Source of the DNA: Octopus bimaculoides
Lineage: Eukaryota
Direction: 5' to 3'
NCBI RefSeq assembly: GCF_001194135.2
Contig: NC_068994.1
Location: forward strand, 40,789,312 to 40,853,206
DNA: 63,895 nt
The notes beneath the pieces were generated by a model. That model was not told where the DNA came from. It saw only the letters and a program-made list of their open reading frames with translations, and did not search any database. This document shows, piece by piece, positions 50,171 to 63,087 of the stretch. Position 1 is the first letter of the stretch. The number at the start of each line of letters is the position of its first letter. The translations under genes and the position numbers were made by a program.

Positions 50171-52820
50171 GGGATAGAAGTAGAAGAATATAAACTGATA
50201 TAATTGTTATTTAAGATAATATTATAATGTTATTATTCTCGTTGTTGTTATTATTATTATTATTATAAATGTAAAAGTTGCGTGATTGTGATTGTTCAAT
50301 TCCGCCATGGAATTTTTCAAAGAAATCTTAATTGTGTACATCTTGAAAATATTGGCTTAACAACCTCTATTTCTTCTACGTAGCTTTAAACCAATATGAA
50401 AACGTGTGTACCGCTGAAAGGAGGTTTGCATGACAATGCGAAAATTCAAGGAACTCGGTCAGTTACTGAAACATTTGTAACTTCCATCGCGTGAGACATG
50501 CTGTACAGCTCTACTGTCAGGCTGTTTCCCATGCATTCTAATCCAATAACGTTGAGAATCCTGCCATTGTCGTATTAATGTAGGAAGGCACTTTTATTAA
50601 ATTTTATAAAATTTTTCTGACAAAATCGTTGTCAAAGCTCAAAATTGTTGGACACTCAGTAGAAAAGATGTTCTTTATGGCAAAATTTTGTCTACTTATC
50701 GATCAGTTTTCAAAAATTTCACTATCCACCAAATCTCTAAAATAGCAATTTCTTGGGCATTGAAGCACATCAATGTTATTAATAGTCGCAGTGAATTGTT
50801 GCTTAATCTTATAGTACATAACGTTGTATGCTACCTCATTTTGCTCAACATCAAATACCTCGTTTCAACGGAATATAAATATGGTTGAAGCATTCATATA
50901 AACTAAAGTTGTTTTTTTTTACAATTTTCACACATAGTTGATCTGTAAGAAAATTTGCTTCAATGGTTTCTCATAGTTTGTGTTAGTGCTGTAACTTAAA
51001 CATGGGTACACAAACTCAGATAAACCCGTAATAGAAGCGTGTTGCTCTTTATATTTTCCCGATTACTTAGTATCACCACTAAAATGAGACAGAGTATCCA
51101 GATTAATGGAAGAGCACATCACTTACAAAATGCTGTATGCCAAAAGATCCAAAGTATATTGAACGGTTTTATCTACTCTTATATCGACTGTAACAACATA
51201 GTGTACTCATTTATACACAGTAGAGTGATTTATAAACAAGGAGAATTGCTGCAATATGATAAGAAAACATCCACAGTTACCTTCACATATTTTTACAGTT
51301 TTATTTTTTCGGTAAGCCTGGTGAGTGACATCTTTTGCAAATTGTATAACAGCATAACTTGTTTGAAAAACAAGCGATATTTCCATTTATATTCAAAGCG
51401 GTATCGTAAAATTGGGGCCAGTACCGACATTATTATGTTCAAAAGTAATTAGTTACCAGATTTAGTAGCCACTTGATATTGAGTGAATTCTACATAGATA
51501 ACAGTTTTTATAACCTAATAAACAACTGACAGCAGTCCCATTTTGAAATGTCCTTGTTTCTTTCACAATGAAGACAAAAACTGTTTTACAGAATACAATG
51601 TAGCTTTGGGCACGAAGAATAATCACAATGGTGGCTATTACAGCAGGAACAAATATAAACTGTTTGGTTGACAAAGGGGGACATTATGATCGATAATAAA
51701 TTTTTTGATAGTTTCCAAAATCCTAAAAGAAAAATGTATATTTACGTTGAGAGAATACATAAGATACATTTATTTGCAGGACAAGCGCCAACAGCATTTT
51801 CATTTCACGAGTTGATATTCTAATAGGTTCTCGCATTCATTTGCTACGAAACGCCAGAGGAAGGGTATTGTGCTGCTTTTTTGTCTATTGAAACGAAAAT
51901 TCAATTCAATTAAATGAATGTTATAATTTGCCAAATTACAGAATTGCATGCTCTCTTTAAAAAGGAAAACTTAAAGACAAATTGTTAATAATGCAACGAC
52001 ATGTTGTATGTCTCCACTCTGTCAATATGTAGGATAAAATTTATACACGCAACACGTTCGTTGACCTCAGTTATTCACTTCAATATTTCTCCAGGAATTG
52101 TGGCGACCGCGAAAAATTGGACATCTCAGATTTATAAAATTTATATAATTATTTAGTTTTAATATAATTCATATGACGGGGGGAAAACGCTAGCTATAAT
52201 ATTAATTCTATTATATGCACGATGCATTTGGTTACTAAGAAATCGATTTTTAAAGAAAATCTTAACTGAGGATACGTATTTATGATATTATATTTGACTT
52301 GTAATATTATCAAATATAAAATAAAAGATATTAATTTCAGGTTTTATGACATCATCACTAAGAGTGAACGCAGTTGCCCGCATTATGTTATATAACAAGC
52401 AAGTATTCAACGAATGAGTAGTGTATAGTTATATTCGGATTATAATTATATATATTGTCTTTAAACAGATATTAGCGAAAATGGAGTGAAATCAACTTCC
52501 CAAGTGTTGTAGTGATGTCAATAAAATACATGCGCGTGGGAATAGAAAGTGATGTTTGGGCGAATGTCTTTATTAACAGTTAAAAAAGTATTATTATCAG
52601 GCTGACACCGACATCTTATTTCGTGCCGCAGGTAATTCAATCTCTTTTATTGATTTAATTGTACAATCGTTGATGTGTTATTTCTATAACTTAGAATGTC
52701 ATAAAATAACATTAATAAATAGTTTGATTCCGTTTCACTCGGACAAATCGACGATCAACGACGTTCCTGCAATTGCTGTTCCATCTTAAATTATATGTGG
52801 TTCTTTTACTATGTCACTTA

Positions 52821-53816
52821 CGAGGTAAGTTCAAACGGTTCCCAAACTAATTATGTTTAATAAAACATAATTTATTTAACTAAATTTTAACATCATCGAA
52901 ATAGTAACTTTGCGCAGCAATACACCAGTCCCAACGTTTCTGCTAATTCTGGAATCGACGCACAAGTGTTTGAAGTTCTGCGAAGACAACCTAAAAGACG
53001 AAAGCCGGATAGGTCATCTGTTCTGGAAAATGAGGCCTTACTCAAAATTCGTAAATTTTCGTCAGCACTTGAGCAACACATTCATAAACACAAAGTTTCG
53101 AAGAGACATTGTAGGGAGTCTCTTCATGACTTGACCAACAACTAGTCTCAACGATGTATGAACATTTGCAAACAACAGCTGGCAAATTCTGAGGATGCTC
53201 GTTTTGGCGTCAAGTTGTAACTGGGGATGCACAAATGGGTCTACTTTCGTAACCCTAAGAGAAAATCTTTCTTCCAGCTCGGTATTAGAACGTGTTGTTA
53301 AGCGAAAGTGGTTTGAACTGAAGGTGATGTGTACTTGGTGGAATTTCAAGCGGGTGCTGCAGTTTGAGTTTTTCTCAGATGACCATACTGTGGACGCTAA
53401 TATTTATGCTCAACAACTGCAGCAATTATACGATGCTTTGAAAGCTCACAACCAGGCATTAATCATTCAAAGACGCGCGATCCTGCAACATGACAATGCC
53501 TCAGCACACACCACCGATGTGACCAAGATCAAAACCGCGGAACTTGAAGGGCAGACCAGAACATGCACCGCCAGCTTCGCATCATTCCCAAGTCATAGCA
53601 CATATACTGCACGGATGGAGGTTCAACACTATCGATGAGGTCGATAGCGAATGAAGAGGGTTTCTTTACCTCTAAATCAGCCAAATGTTATAAGCGTGTA
53701 ATTCAGCTTCAGGCATAACGAAGGAAACAAATAATTGAATACAATGGTATATATGTTGTTACTTAAATGCGGTTTGTATGCAATTTGTTCAAGCTATTAA
53801 TAAAAGCTTGAAATGC
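52821..53816 (+). mobile_element. Decayed mariner (DD34D-type) transposon, interrupted at its 3' end
   Basis: TA|CGAGGTAAGTTCAAACGG terminus; translations FWRQVVTGD/WVYFRNPKRK, KVMCTWWNFKRVLQFE, ILQHDNASAHT and KQIIEYNG; frameshifts and stops; YSPDL motif not recognisable. Confidence 0.8.
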
Positions 53817-54015
53817 TGTTATAATCCTGAAAACGTTGGATTGTTATAACACCCACTTCGGTATACACAATACTTAGTAAAACCAGTAAAGACACGATTA
53901 TCTCTCACCACCTACTACGGACTCTATTATTTCACGTACTTCTCTTTAATTATAACGACTAGGTTATTCTATTCGTCACGTGGGAGGGATGTAGCATTAT
54001 TACTAATTTCCTACA
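53817..54015 (-). repeat. 3' LTR (199 bp)
   Basis: TGTTATA...CCTACA; about 80% identical to 56494-56620 where aligned. Confidence 0.85.
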
Positions 54016-54026
54016 TCTCCCCTTTT
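54016..54026 (-). other. Polypurine tract
   Basis: Minus strand AAAAGGGGAGA immediately before the TG of the 3' LTR. Confidence 0.85.
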
Positions 54027-54109
54027 AAGTTTTTCTTAAGTGTCATTTTATTTAGTAATTTTTATTCACCCCACTTCCCTTTTGTGAGGTTTTTGTGTTT
54101 CGTACAATT

Positions 54110-54995
54110 TAATATATTTTGCGCTTGGCATCAATTTTTCGGAACTCTGTATACTTTCTTTTCCTCTCACTTGTACGCCTGGGTTCAATCACCTGTAGTG
54201 GCTCTGGTTCTTGGAACTTATCGTACAACCATTCTATCGGTTGCTCCAACTTATTTGGCTCACTTTTCACGAATCTCTTTTTCGAATGGTTCCTGTGGCT
54301 CTTTTGTATGCCTTTTCTTCATTTTACCCAGTACATCATTTTACCTAAGGATTTAGTAATTACGCCATCTTCCCAACTCTGTTTTCCATTCTTGTATGCC
54401 CTCATATACACCTTCTTACCAACTTTAAAGAGTTTTGCTATGTCTTCCTTGGCACTTTTTCTTTTCTTGCCTAGTAGGGATTTATCAAAGACCGATTTCA
54501 CTTTCCTTGCTCCCTGCTGATGCATTCGGATTTGGTGTCACATGATACACTCTTAAAAATTGTTGTACAGCTGCTTCATCCGTGACTTTCTTATTCGATT
54601 TTCTAAGGACACTTTTGAAGGTATCGACAAAGCGTTCTGCCTGTCCATTAGATCTGGGATGGTATGGTGTCATATGTTCTATCACGAACATTTCAGAAAA
54701 TTTTTAAAATTCGCTAGACACAAATTGCGTTCCATTGACAGACACTATCACATCTGGGATGTGAAATCTCGCAAACAGTTCGTGCAAAAAATTTGTCAGA
54801 GTTAAGGAGGTTGGTTTTATACGCTTACAAATTTCGCGTAACTATCAGCTACACCTAAGTAGTAAGAAACATTTAAAGCACCAGCGAAATCAATGTGTAG
54901 TCTCGACCACGGAATATCTACTTTCAACAATGTTTACTTTTTATCGTGGGCACTTTTCATTTCGTTTTGGTTTACATATATGTTTTCCAGTCTGT
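54110..54995 (-). pseudogene. Gypsy integrase pseudogene
   Basis: PWSRLHIDFAGALNVSYYLGVADSYAK; TPYHPRSNGQAERFVDTFK; FKVGKKVYMRAYKNGKQSWEDGVI; stops and frameshifts. Confidence 0.9.
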
Positions 54996-55099
54996 TTTAC
55001 TGCAATTATTGTTTTAGTCCCTCAGTCTCATTCGAACTTTCGACTGAACTGACTATATTTCTACACAAAACACTTATGGGCGTATTCCATACATTGAAT

Positions 55100-56401
55100 A
55101 GTTCTATATACTCTGTACCGAACAAATTAAGTGAACTTTTTAACACGTATATCCTTACTTTTTCGTTTGACCTCGAAATGTCACCTTACATACGAATTCA
55201 CGGAAAAAATATAATCTTTTTTCCTGTAACACCATGTGCTACCTTTTTCGACTTAATTAATTTCGGATTACCGACATATTTCGGCTTATCGACACGTTTT
55301 ATCGCTTATAATGGTGATATCATTTCCAGTGTCTGATTTCATTTTAACACTTGTATTTCTGATTTTCACCTTCACGAATTTCATCATCGTTTACCAAATT
55401 CTTCCGATGACATGCTATTTATTCTTTATTCTTTGTTCTGACGTTTTGCCATCTTCCTTCTACAGTATGTCTTTATAAGTTCTCTATTTCCACAACGAAA
55501 GTAATTCGCTTTTTTAAATGGACAATTTTTCCTCGGGTATATACCCCCACATACAAAACATGGATTTATCTCCTGATTTTTGTCGTGTTTTTAGGAAAAA
55601 ATTTATCTCTATTCTGATTATTTCTTACTTGCTTTATTTGGAAATAAACTTTACGTTCTATTTCCTCTGTGTCGTGTCTCTTAACTTGACTAACCTTTCA
55701 CATACGTCTGAGACTTACTGTAGGGTTACATCCTGGTTTTGTTTCAGCTGTTTGACAATTATTATTCTAACGTGTGCGTCCTTTCCGGCAGTAAATACCT
55801 GTGTAAAAATCAGTAATTTGAACATATTTGGTGTTAATTCGTCCAGCTTAAACTTCTCGCATTCCCTGTTTACTCTACCAAGCATATGTGATATAGTCCT
55901 CGCCGTTGTTTTTCTCTGAGTTCAGACACTTCTAACGAGTGTTGAACAATGAGATTTTCTCACTGAAACTTTTACACTATATATCTTTGGTGTCATTAAA
56001 GTTTATGTCCCAAGGTTTTCTTGGGAGTACATAATTGCTGTATCGTTCATGTTCCGTTGCTACCAGTTTTCTCAAGGTTATTCCCATTTTCTTCTCGTCG
56101 TTCCAATCTTTATATTCTTTCTCGAAGATTTGCTCATATCTCCTGTAGTATGCTTCAAAGGCAACTCCTTCGTCAGGTTCATATTTCAACTCTGTTATGG
56201 AGTTCGCGAAATAGTTTGGCAAGAACACTTTTTTTCTGAATTTCCTGACGACTTAATTAATTATAGCATTTGTTGCTGTAATATCATTTGTTGTCGTTGC
56301 TTCTGTTGGTGCCCTTGCAGTTATTTTTGCTGCTGCTGCTGTTGTTCTTTCAGTTGTTGTTGCTTTAGCAACTCGAGCAATCCGGCCAACACATTTTCCA
56401 T
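55100..56401 (-). pseudogene. Gypsy gag-protease pseudogene
   Basis: ATG at 56401, Q-rich N-terminus, SITELKYEPDEGVAFEAYYRRYEQIF..LRKL..TEHERYSNYVLP, decayed double Zn knuckle (CFVCGG..CP..RCG..C), protease DTG at 55325-55333, NLFGTEYIELF. Confidence 0.85.
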
Positions 56402-56479
56402 AATTTTACGATCTTTTTTACGTAAAATTCGCACAACAAAAACTTTTGTGAGGTTGTTAACTCCTCGTGAGTTGTTTAA

Positions 56480-56492
56480 ATCCTCATCGCCA
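56480..56492 (-). other. Primer-binding site, tRNA-Ser(GCU)-like
   Basis: Minus strand TGGCGATGAGGAT, 1 nt after the 5' LTR; 12/13 match to the complement of the metazoan tRNA-Ser(GCU) 3' end (TGGCGACGAGGAT, from recall). Confidence 0.75.
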
Positions 56493-56493
56493 C

Positions 56494-56620
56494 TGTTATA
56501 CTCCTTAAAGTGTTGTGTTGGATTATTATAACGCCCACGTCGGTATACAGTGTACTTACTAAAACCGGTAAAGACACAGCTATCTCTGACAGCCTAATAC
56601 ATTATTAGTAATTCCCTACA
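56494..56620 (-). repeat. 5' LTR (127 bp; lacks about 72 bp present in the 3' LTR)
   Basis: TGTTATA...CCCTACA; shares TTATAAC.CCCAC.TCGGTATACA and CATTATTA.TAATT.CCTACA with the other LTR. Confidence 0.85.
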
Positions 56621-58609
56621 ATAAATACGAAAAAAACAATCTTTGACTTAAACGCGTATATTTGAATTACTTCCCTATTTATTTTAGATTTGCATCTACT
56701 ATCTGGTTTTATATTTCGAGTAGACTGCACATTTCCAGGTTAGAATTTCCTTTATGTTTGAATTATCATAGAGAAATTTCTCTTGTGCGATCATACTTTC
56801 CTAAAGCATCAACATTTATTGAATCACCAGAATTATATACATGCACGTGGTGTTCATAACAGCAAATATTTTCTATTGTATATGGGCAAGCAAATGTGAA
56901 ATGTAAGTTAAAAGAAATTTGTTAAATCTGAACATTACATCTGGATCTGACTCACGGTTTGGTTAGTACTCATGAATTTTCTACGCTGTTTTACTCTAGA
57001 CTACACCTGATCGGGCATACATTCTATCAAAGCAATTTCAGATATCTTTAACTCGGTTTATTCTCTGAAGATATATCTCTAGTCCGCCTACAATCTGTAA
57101 TGCTGTCATATTAAAGAAGACCATCATAGAGCGAGTGTTCTGGCTGGTTGTAATGAATGTTTGTTTGACATGTGAATAATTGTTACGTTTGTAATAATGG
57201 AAATTGTTTCACGTAATGCTTATGTGATGGCAGGTTACACTAAAACTTTACTACGTCACCAGTTGTACAATCCGCACGGTTTCTAGGGTCTTTGTTTTGT
57301 TTGGTACCCAAACTTCCCGAGGAAAAAGTCGACAGTGGATTAAATCAACTCCTAAAATTGATTATTATTTTATATTTTCTTCTCTCATATGAAAATTTAA
57401 CATCGGTGAGTTTTGAACTCAGTTCCCAAAGAACTAGAACAGGTGTTGCACGACGTTTGTTCCAAGCTCATACGATTCTGTTAACCTTTCGTTCTATATA
57501 AATTCAAATCTATCTTATCCCTTATACATTTCTAAAACTTAAAACATTGTAACATTATTTGAGTGTAACTTTAATGTTGTTTCTAGCAAATCGCTCTTCC
57601 ATGTGCAGAAATTGTATGCAGACGACTTAAAAGAAAATCATATGGTTTCCTCGAGTGTTTACTAGAAATTATATTTATGTATTATGATACACTATATACT
57701 ATGTATCGAATAGAAGAAATTTAGTCAATTATATAACATTGGTGCGAATTTCCACCATAGCCGATGTCAAAATGTTAGAATTCATCTCTAGAATTCATCT
57801 TCATATTTAGAAGATTCAAAAAGCTACAACGATATTATTTTTAAAACATCCAAAACCGGTTTGCTTCATTAAACGTCTTTTAGCAACACAATTGCTGTAA
57901 CAGATTAGAATATATTAAATATTCATGTAGAATTTTAAATTGAAGTTTTTTTAATTATATTATTCTCACTATTTTACCACAATTCATTGCAACCTAACAA
58001 ATAAATAGCTATTTCATAAATAACCCCGCCTTTATCTTTGTTATCGTTATTCTAAACGTATATTCGGTAGCGTTAATTAAAAAGGGTTTCACACACAAAG
58101 TTTTCTGAAGAGGAATATATTGTTACAATAAATTTATAAAACTTGTTCGAAATTCACAGTTTAGTAATAAATCGTCAATCATGTTAAAACAAAATCAAAA
58201 TTGTCAGACTGTAATTGTGACGATATAATATTCAAACACAAGTGTAATATATAGAGACATAAATAATACTATTCTCGCATTAGTGAAATTTGTAATATGT
58301 TTATTGCACTTAAATATTTCTGCATAGATATAACATACATATAATGCATATTACGTTTATTCACATTCAATTTAATCACCACCGATATTCTTAGATCATA
58401 TAAACGGAATCATGGTATTTTGTTCCGATGCGGTTACAGCGGACTTTAAAGAATCTATTAAGTCATATCGGACGCAGAATATATTTCTGCCTGGTACATT
58501 TTTATCGATATTTGCTTCTTCAGCTACCGTATAATACTATGTTACTTTAAGTTAAATTTATGCACAAACACACACACACACACACATATATGTACTTACA
58601 AAGAAAAAG

Positions 58610-58650
<41 letters not shown>

Positions 58651-59104
58651 CATATACATATACATATGTACATATACATATATACATTTATATACCTGTA
58701 CTCATATGTATGTATATGTATATAACCACCTACTTCCCCACCGATCCTTGGCCCATTCGACTATATACACCACCCTGTAACTTAGATGGATGGTTCCAGC
58801 CTTGTCTACGTCACATCTTCAATGTCTTGCCCTCTCCCTCTCTCTCTTCTCTGTCTGAGGAAGATATGTCTGTCTTTTAATATAAGACACCTTTCTGTCT
58901 CTCAATTCTAGTCTCCGCTCTCAACTTGCCTTCCTGCTAGTTATTTGGTGACCTCACTGCTGCTGGTGCCATGTAAAAACTTAAAGTTGGTTGGTGTTTG
59001 GAAGGGTATCCAACTGTAGAAACGAAACCATACCAAAACATACAACAGAGGCTGGTAAGAACTCAGCTTTGTCACACAATATGAAAATTAATATACTGAT
59101 AGCA

Positions 59105-59520
59105 GACTTAGGATAATGAACATTGTGTCCCCACTATGCAAACCCTATGAAATGAAGAAACGTACAGAACTTCTTGCACCACATACAATTCTCTGGATAT
59201 GATCAGAAAAATAGGGTTTGAGTATACAGGGGTGCTAGAAAGAAGTTAGTTAACATTATATGTAATGATACTAGTGGTACCTGCCCTAGATATAGAAACA
59301 AAGACTGGAATAGGATACAAAGAACTTGTGACAAAGCAAACAGGGTGAACACCAGGTATAAAAACTGACAAATATCATAGAGTAATGTTTGCAGAGGCCA
59401 CATCCCATGGAGAACTAGCCCATAGATTTAGGAAAGCTCTGTAGGAGACCAAACTCAACGTTAAGATTGTTGAAAAGCCAGAGAACTTCGTCAGGTCACA
59501 ACTATGTAGGATGTATTAAG
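59105..59520 (+). mobile_element. Penelope-like element ORF fragment (between RT and GIY-YIG)
   Basis: SGYDQK, CPRYRNKDWNR, KYHRVMFAEATSHGELAHRFRKAL*ETKLNVKIVEKP resemble the PLE pattern V.FVEATP.GEL.....IKVVE; decayed. Confidence 0.55.
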
Positions 59521-59659
59521 TACAACATATGTTCCACCCCATCAGTCTGATTCTCTTACATACATTGATAAAGATGTCTCACTAGAGAATTTTAGAGTTC
59601 GCTGGCTTGTTTTTATATACCCATGAAGTTATATATGTACATATATATATATGTATGAG

Positions 59660-60110
59660 AACTTTAGGTTAGTTAAAATATGTTTGTGACATATTTCAAT
59701 TCCAAAGGCAAATTCATAGCAGTTACTGTGGACAAAAATTTCTTTGTCATGGTATGAGGTGTAAAAACACATTATCTATCCAGTGTTGCCCTCTATCAGA
59801 TTCCAAGATGCAGCATTTCTAGCACTATAGTTCTTATCAATTGGAAATACTGAAGAGAGGTAACTCTGGGTAGATTTAAAATCATAGCTTTAACACAGTC
59901 AACAACATTGACTGATTTGTGCTGTTGGACTGCCAGGTCGCAAGAAATTCAGCAGTATCAGCGCTAAGCAGTGTTTAGGCATATGCAAACTTTAGGTTAG
60001 TTAAAATATGTTTGTGACATATTTCAACTTTGTAAGGCAAATTCACTGTAATTACCATGGAGAAAAATTCTATCTTATGGTAAAAGTTGTCAAAACATTA
60101 TATCTATTTT
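59660..60110. repeat. Local direct duplication (~120 bp, period 328 bp)
   Basis: 40 identical bp at 59660-59699 and 59988-60027, then much weaker similarity. Confidence 0.9.
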
Positions 60111-60497
60111 ATAGATATGTCATTTAATGTAAATAGAATATAGATACGAGTTAGTAATAGTTTCTTGCTGTGAAGACACATCTCTAAGCAGGTTTTTCTC
60201 ATGGGTGTCTCCAAGTGATCTTGGGGCTCTGAGCACATACTCTGTTCTGTTGGAAAATCAGGATGCTTGTACATTGAAAATAAATTAGAAGAAGGCTGAT
60301 GCAAAAGTGGAAGAATAAAAATAGAAAAAGAAAGAAAATTACAGTTATGTCCCTGTGTATAATATCATTTAATGTATTGTGTACATTAAATGGTATTTAT
60401 CTCTCATTGAATGGAGTACTTCTTTTGTTCATCTTACCTTAACAGAACAATAAAATACATGCATACATATATACATATATCTATATCCATATCTATA

Positions 60498-60572
<75 letters not shown>

Positions 60573-61939
60573 TCGCACACATATATGTACATAGATATGT
60601 ATAAAATGACATGATAACATGTAGGTATACATAAGTGTATATGTGTCTGTGTGTATGAGTGTTCGTACAACCAACCCACATATATACATGCATTCTTATT
60701 CGTGAGTGTGCATGTGTCTGTTAAATAATTAATTTCTTCATTAGGCGTGCATTATTCTGAAGATAATTTGTACCATCTATAAAAATTACTTAGTTCAATC
60801 TATTATATATCGCTAGATATTTTACCCCCTGCCACTTCCCAACTATCGTTAGGACTCATAGATTGTTAACATAGTTTTCCCTGGTATATTAAACTGAGAA
60901 GTACAAACTCTGTAATCAGAGGCTCGTTAGCATGACTCAAATTAGAGTGGTTCAACTTTAATGAGGCAAGATTTAATGAGATCTTTCTTTGCAATGCCAG
61001 AAAATACTGCAATAGCTGAATTAGTAAAGTGCCAACTTCTCTAGGTTGGGGATTCAGGTTTCAGCTATAATGGTATATATCCTTTAGTTGTGTCACTCAT
61101 TGAACTGCAGCCATGCTGGGGGTATCACCTTGAAGGGTTTGAGTCAAGCAAATCAACCCTGGTGACGCTTTTATGGAGGCAGCATTTTTAGTTTTGTTGT
61201 ATAAGCCTGTATGGTGTTCTGTGGGGTGGAAGGGGGAAAATCAAGAGCTGCACTCCAGCTATGCCACTGCTTTAACAGCACTTACATATCCTTCTGTCTG
61301 ATCCTGAGTCACTCTTCTTGATGAAAACAACAAAGCTTAACTTTTCTAATAGTGGTTCAACCGATTTTGTTAGTTTAATGTACAACCAGATTTCTTCAAG
61401 AATTTTGTAATATAATTTAGAATAAAAGAACTATGTTCACTGGAGATTGCTTCATCTCTCCCAGTCATGAGAATTTCTTCAGGCTATCACTTAAGCTAAG
61501 CAGCCGAGGGCATAGCTGTAAGCTTAATAATTTTGCTTAGCAACTACATGGTTTAAGAACATAACACCTTGGTCAAGAGTCATTAACCATAGCTTCAAGA
61601 CAAACAAAGATTTGTGAGTGAAATTTGGTCGATGGAAAGGACATGTAAGCCAATCAGGAGGCATTTTTTCTGTTCTCTTGTGGTAAGTAGAAAGAAAGTC
61701 TAGGGAGAATTGAACAGCAGAATATCTTCAGATAAGATGCTACTTCACGAGAAGTGTTTTGGCCCTTAGCTCCTTACAAACTAAGGGGTCCACATCATGA
61801 CTCCTAGATACCCCTCTGCTGCACATTCTGTGCTACTGTCTTCATTACAACCCTTCTGGATGGTAAAGATACCTCAGAGCCAAAGTACTTTGGGCATTGT
61901 AATCAGTTCAGTTGACTGTAGGATAACTTGTGTGTTTTG

Positions 61940-62290
61940 AAGTTCACTTCCATTCCTCTTTCATCAAATCTGGTTGCACTCTTCTCAGCTAATTCTTTCA
62001 TTACTCTGGTTCTCTTTCTCTCAGAAACAGAGCCATTTCATGAGATCATATGCAGATTTGCCCACAAACCCTCTTGCACTCTCCTCCATGGTCATTAGGT
62101 AGTTAAACTCTACCATTTGGCTCTTTTGTAACTTTAGGAGAGTCTATTTTGTTGCATGTAAGTGAATCAGATTTCTAGCCTGATAGGGGTCAAGGTAACT
62201 TCCCCCTGTATGACTACAAGTCTTGGAGGTCTTGGAAAAAGTCATGAGAGGTGCTGCTCTTACTTCTCTAAGCCAAGTAAAAAACAAATT
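61940..62290 (-). mobile_element. Hero-like RLE non-LTR retrotransposon, decayed C-terminus
   Basis: Minus strand reads SARGFVGKSAYDLMKWL..KRTRVMKELAEK, resembling the PVEVG.RGFVG.S...L..LG......KEL.E.AE pattern. Confidence 0.45.
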
Positions 62291-62306
62291 TTAAAATTAT
62301 ATGCTG

Positions 62307-62850
62307 CTCTTTTGCTTGTTTCAGTCATTTGACTGTGGCTATGCTGGAGCACCACCTTTAGTTGAGCAAATCGAACCCAGGACTTATTCTTTGGAAGCTT
62401 TGTAGTTATTCTATCGGTCCCTTTTGCTGAACCGCTATGTTATGGGGATGTAAACACGCCAGCATCGGTTGTCAAGCGATGGTGGGGGGACAAACACAGA
62501 CACACAAACATATACACACACATACATATATATATATATATANNNNNNNNNNNNNNNNNNNNNNNNNNNNNNNNNNNNNNNNNNNNNNNNNNNNNNNNNN
62601 NNNNNNNNNNNNNNNNNNNNNNNNNNNNNNNNNNNNNNNNNNNNNNNNNNNNNNNNNNNNNNNNNNNNNNNNNNNNNNNNNNNNNNNNNNNNNTATATAT
62701 ACATATATACAACAGACTTCTTTCAGTTTCCATCTACCAAATCCACTCACAAGGCTTTGGTTGGCTCGAGGCTATAGTAGAGGACACTTGCCCAAGGTGC
62801 CACACAGTGGAAATGAACCCGGAACCATGTGGTTGGTAAGCAAGCTACTT
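62307..62850 (-). mobile_element. Family A SINE with an N-gap in its central microsatellite
   Basis: Collinear 3' half (62307-62510) and 5' half (62710-62850). Confidence 0.85.
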
Positions 62851-63087
62851 TATTTCATTTCAATTTGCCATAAAGGCAGTACACAGAGAGTAGCTACGGG
62901 CTGGACAAAAACATTAATGAGATGAAATGGATGATAAATATGATGGTATAATGAGAGAAGGCAAAAGCTGCCCGCCGAACTTTGCTTCTCTATAACACTG
63001 CACTCAAAAAGAATTGAAGATTCATCATTAATCGTATACTTCAGAATTACTTTCTCTATTCATTTAACTTTCAGGCGGCTTATAGAT

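Larger units (their letters stand above)
53817..56620 (-). mobile_element. Ty3/Gypsy (Mag/K02A2.6-like) LTR retrotransposon, RT and RNase H deleted
   Basis: Two TG..CA LTRs, PBS, PPT, and gag, protease and integrase remnants; only 2.8 kb long. Confidence 0.9.

Noticed and set aside
50380-50450. YVALNQYENVCTAERRF, resembling the hAT dimerisation motif (AERSFS)
   Set aside because: Too short and degenerate; the surrounding frames do not support a transposase.
51039-51452. 137-aa ORF in unique-looking sequence
   Set aside because: Low-information composition with no motif; consistent with a chance ORF.
60104-60304. Segment open in several frames with acceptor-like TTTTCCAACAG on the minus strand
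   Set aside because: No homology recognised and the donor is weak; it cannot be supported as an exon without transcript data.
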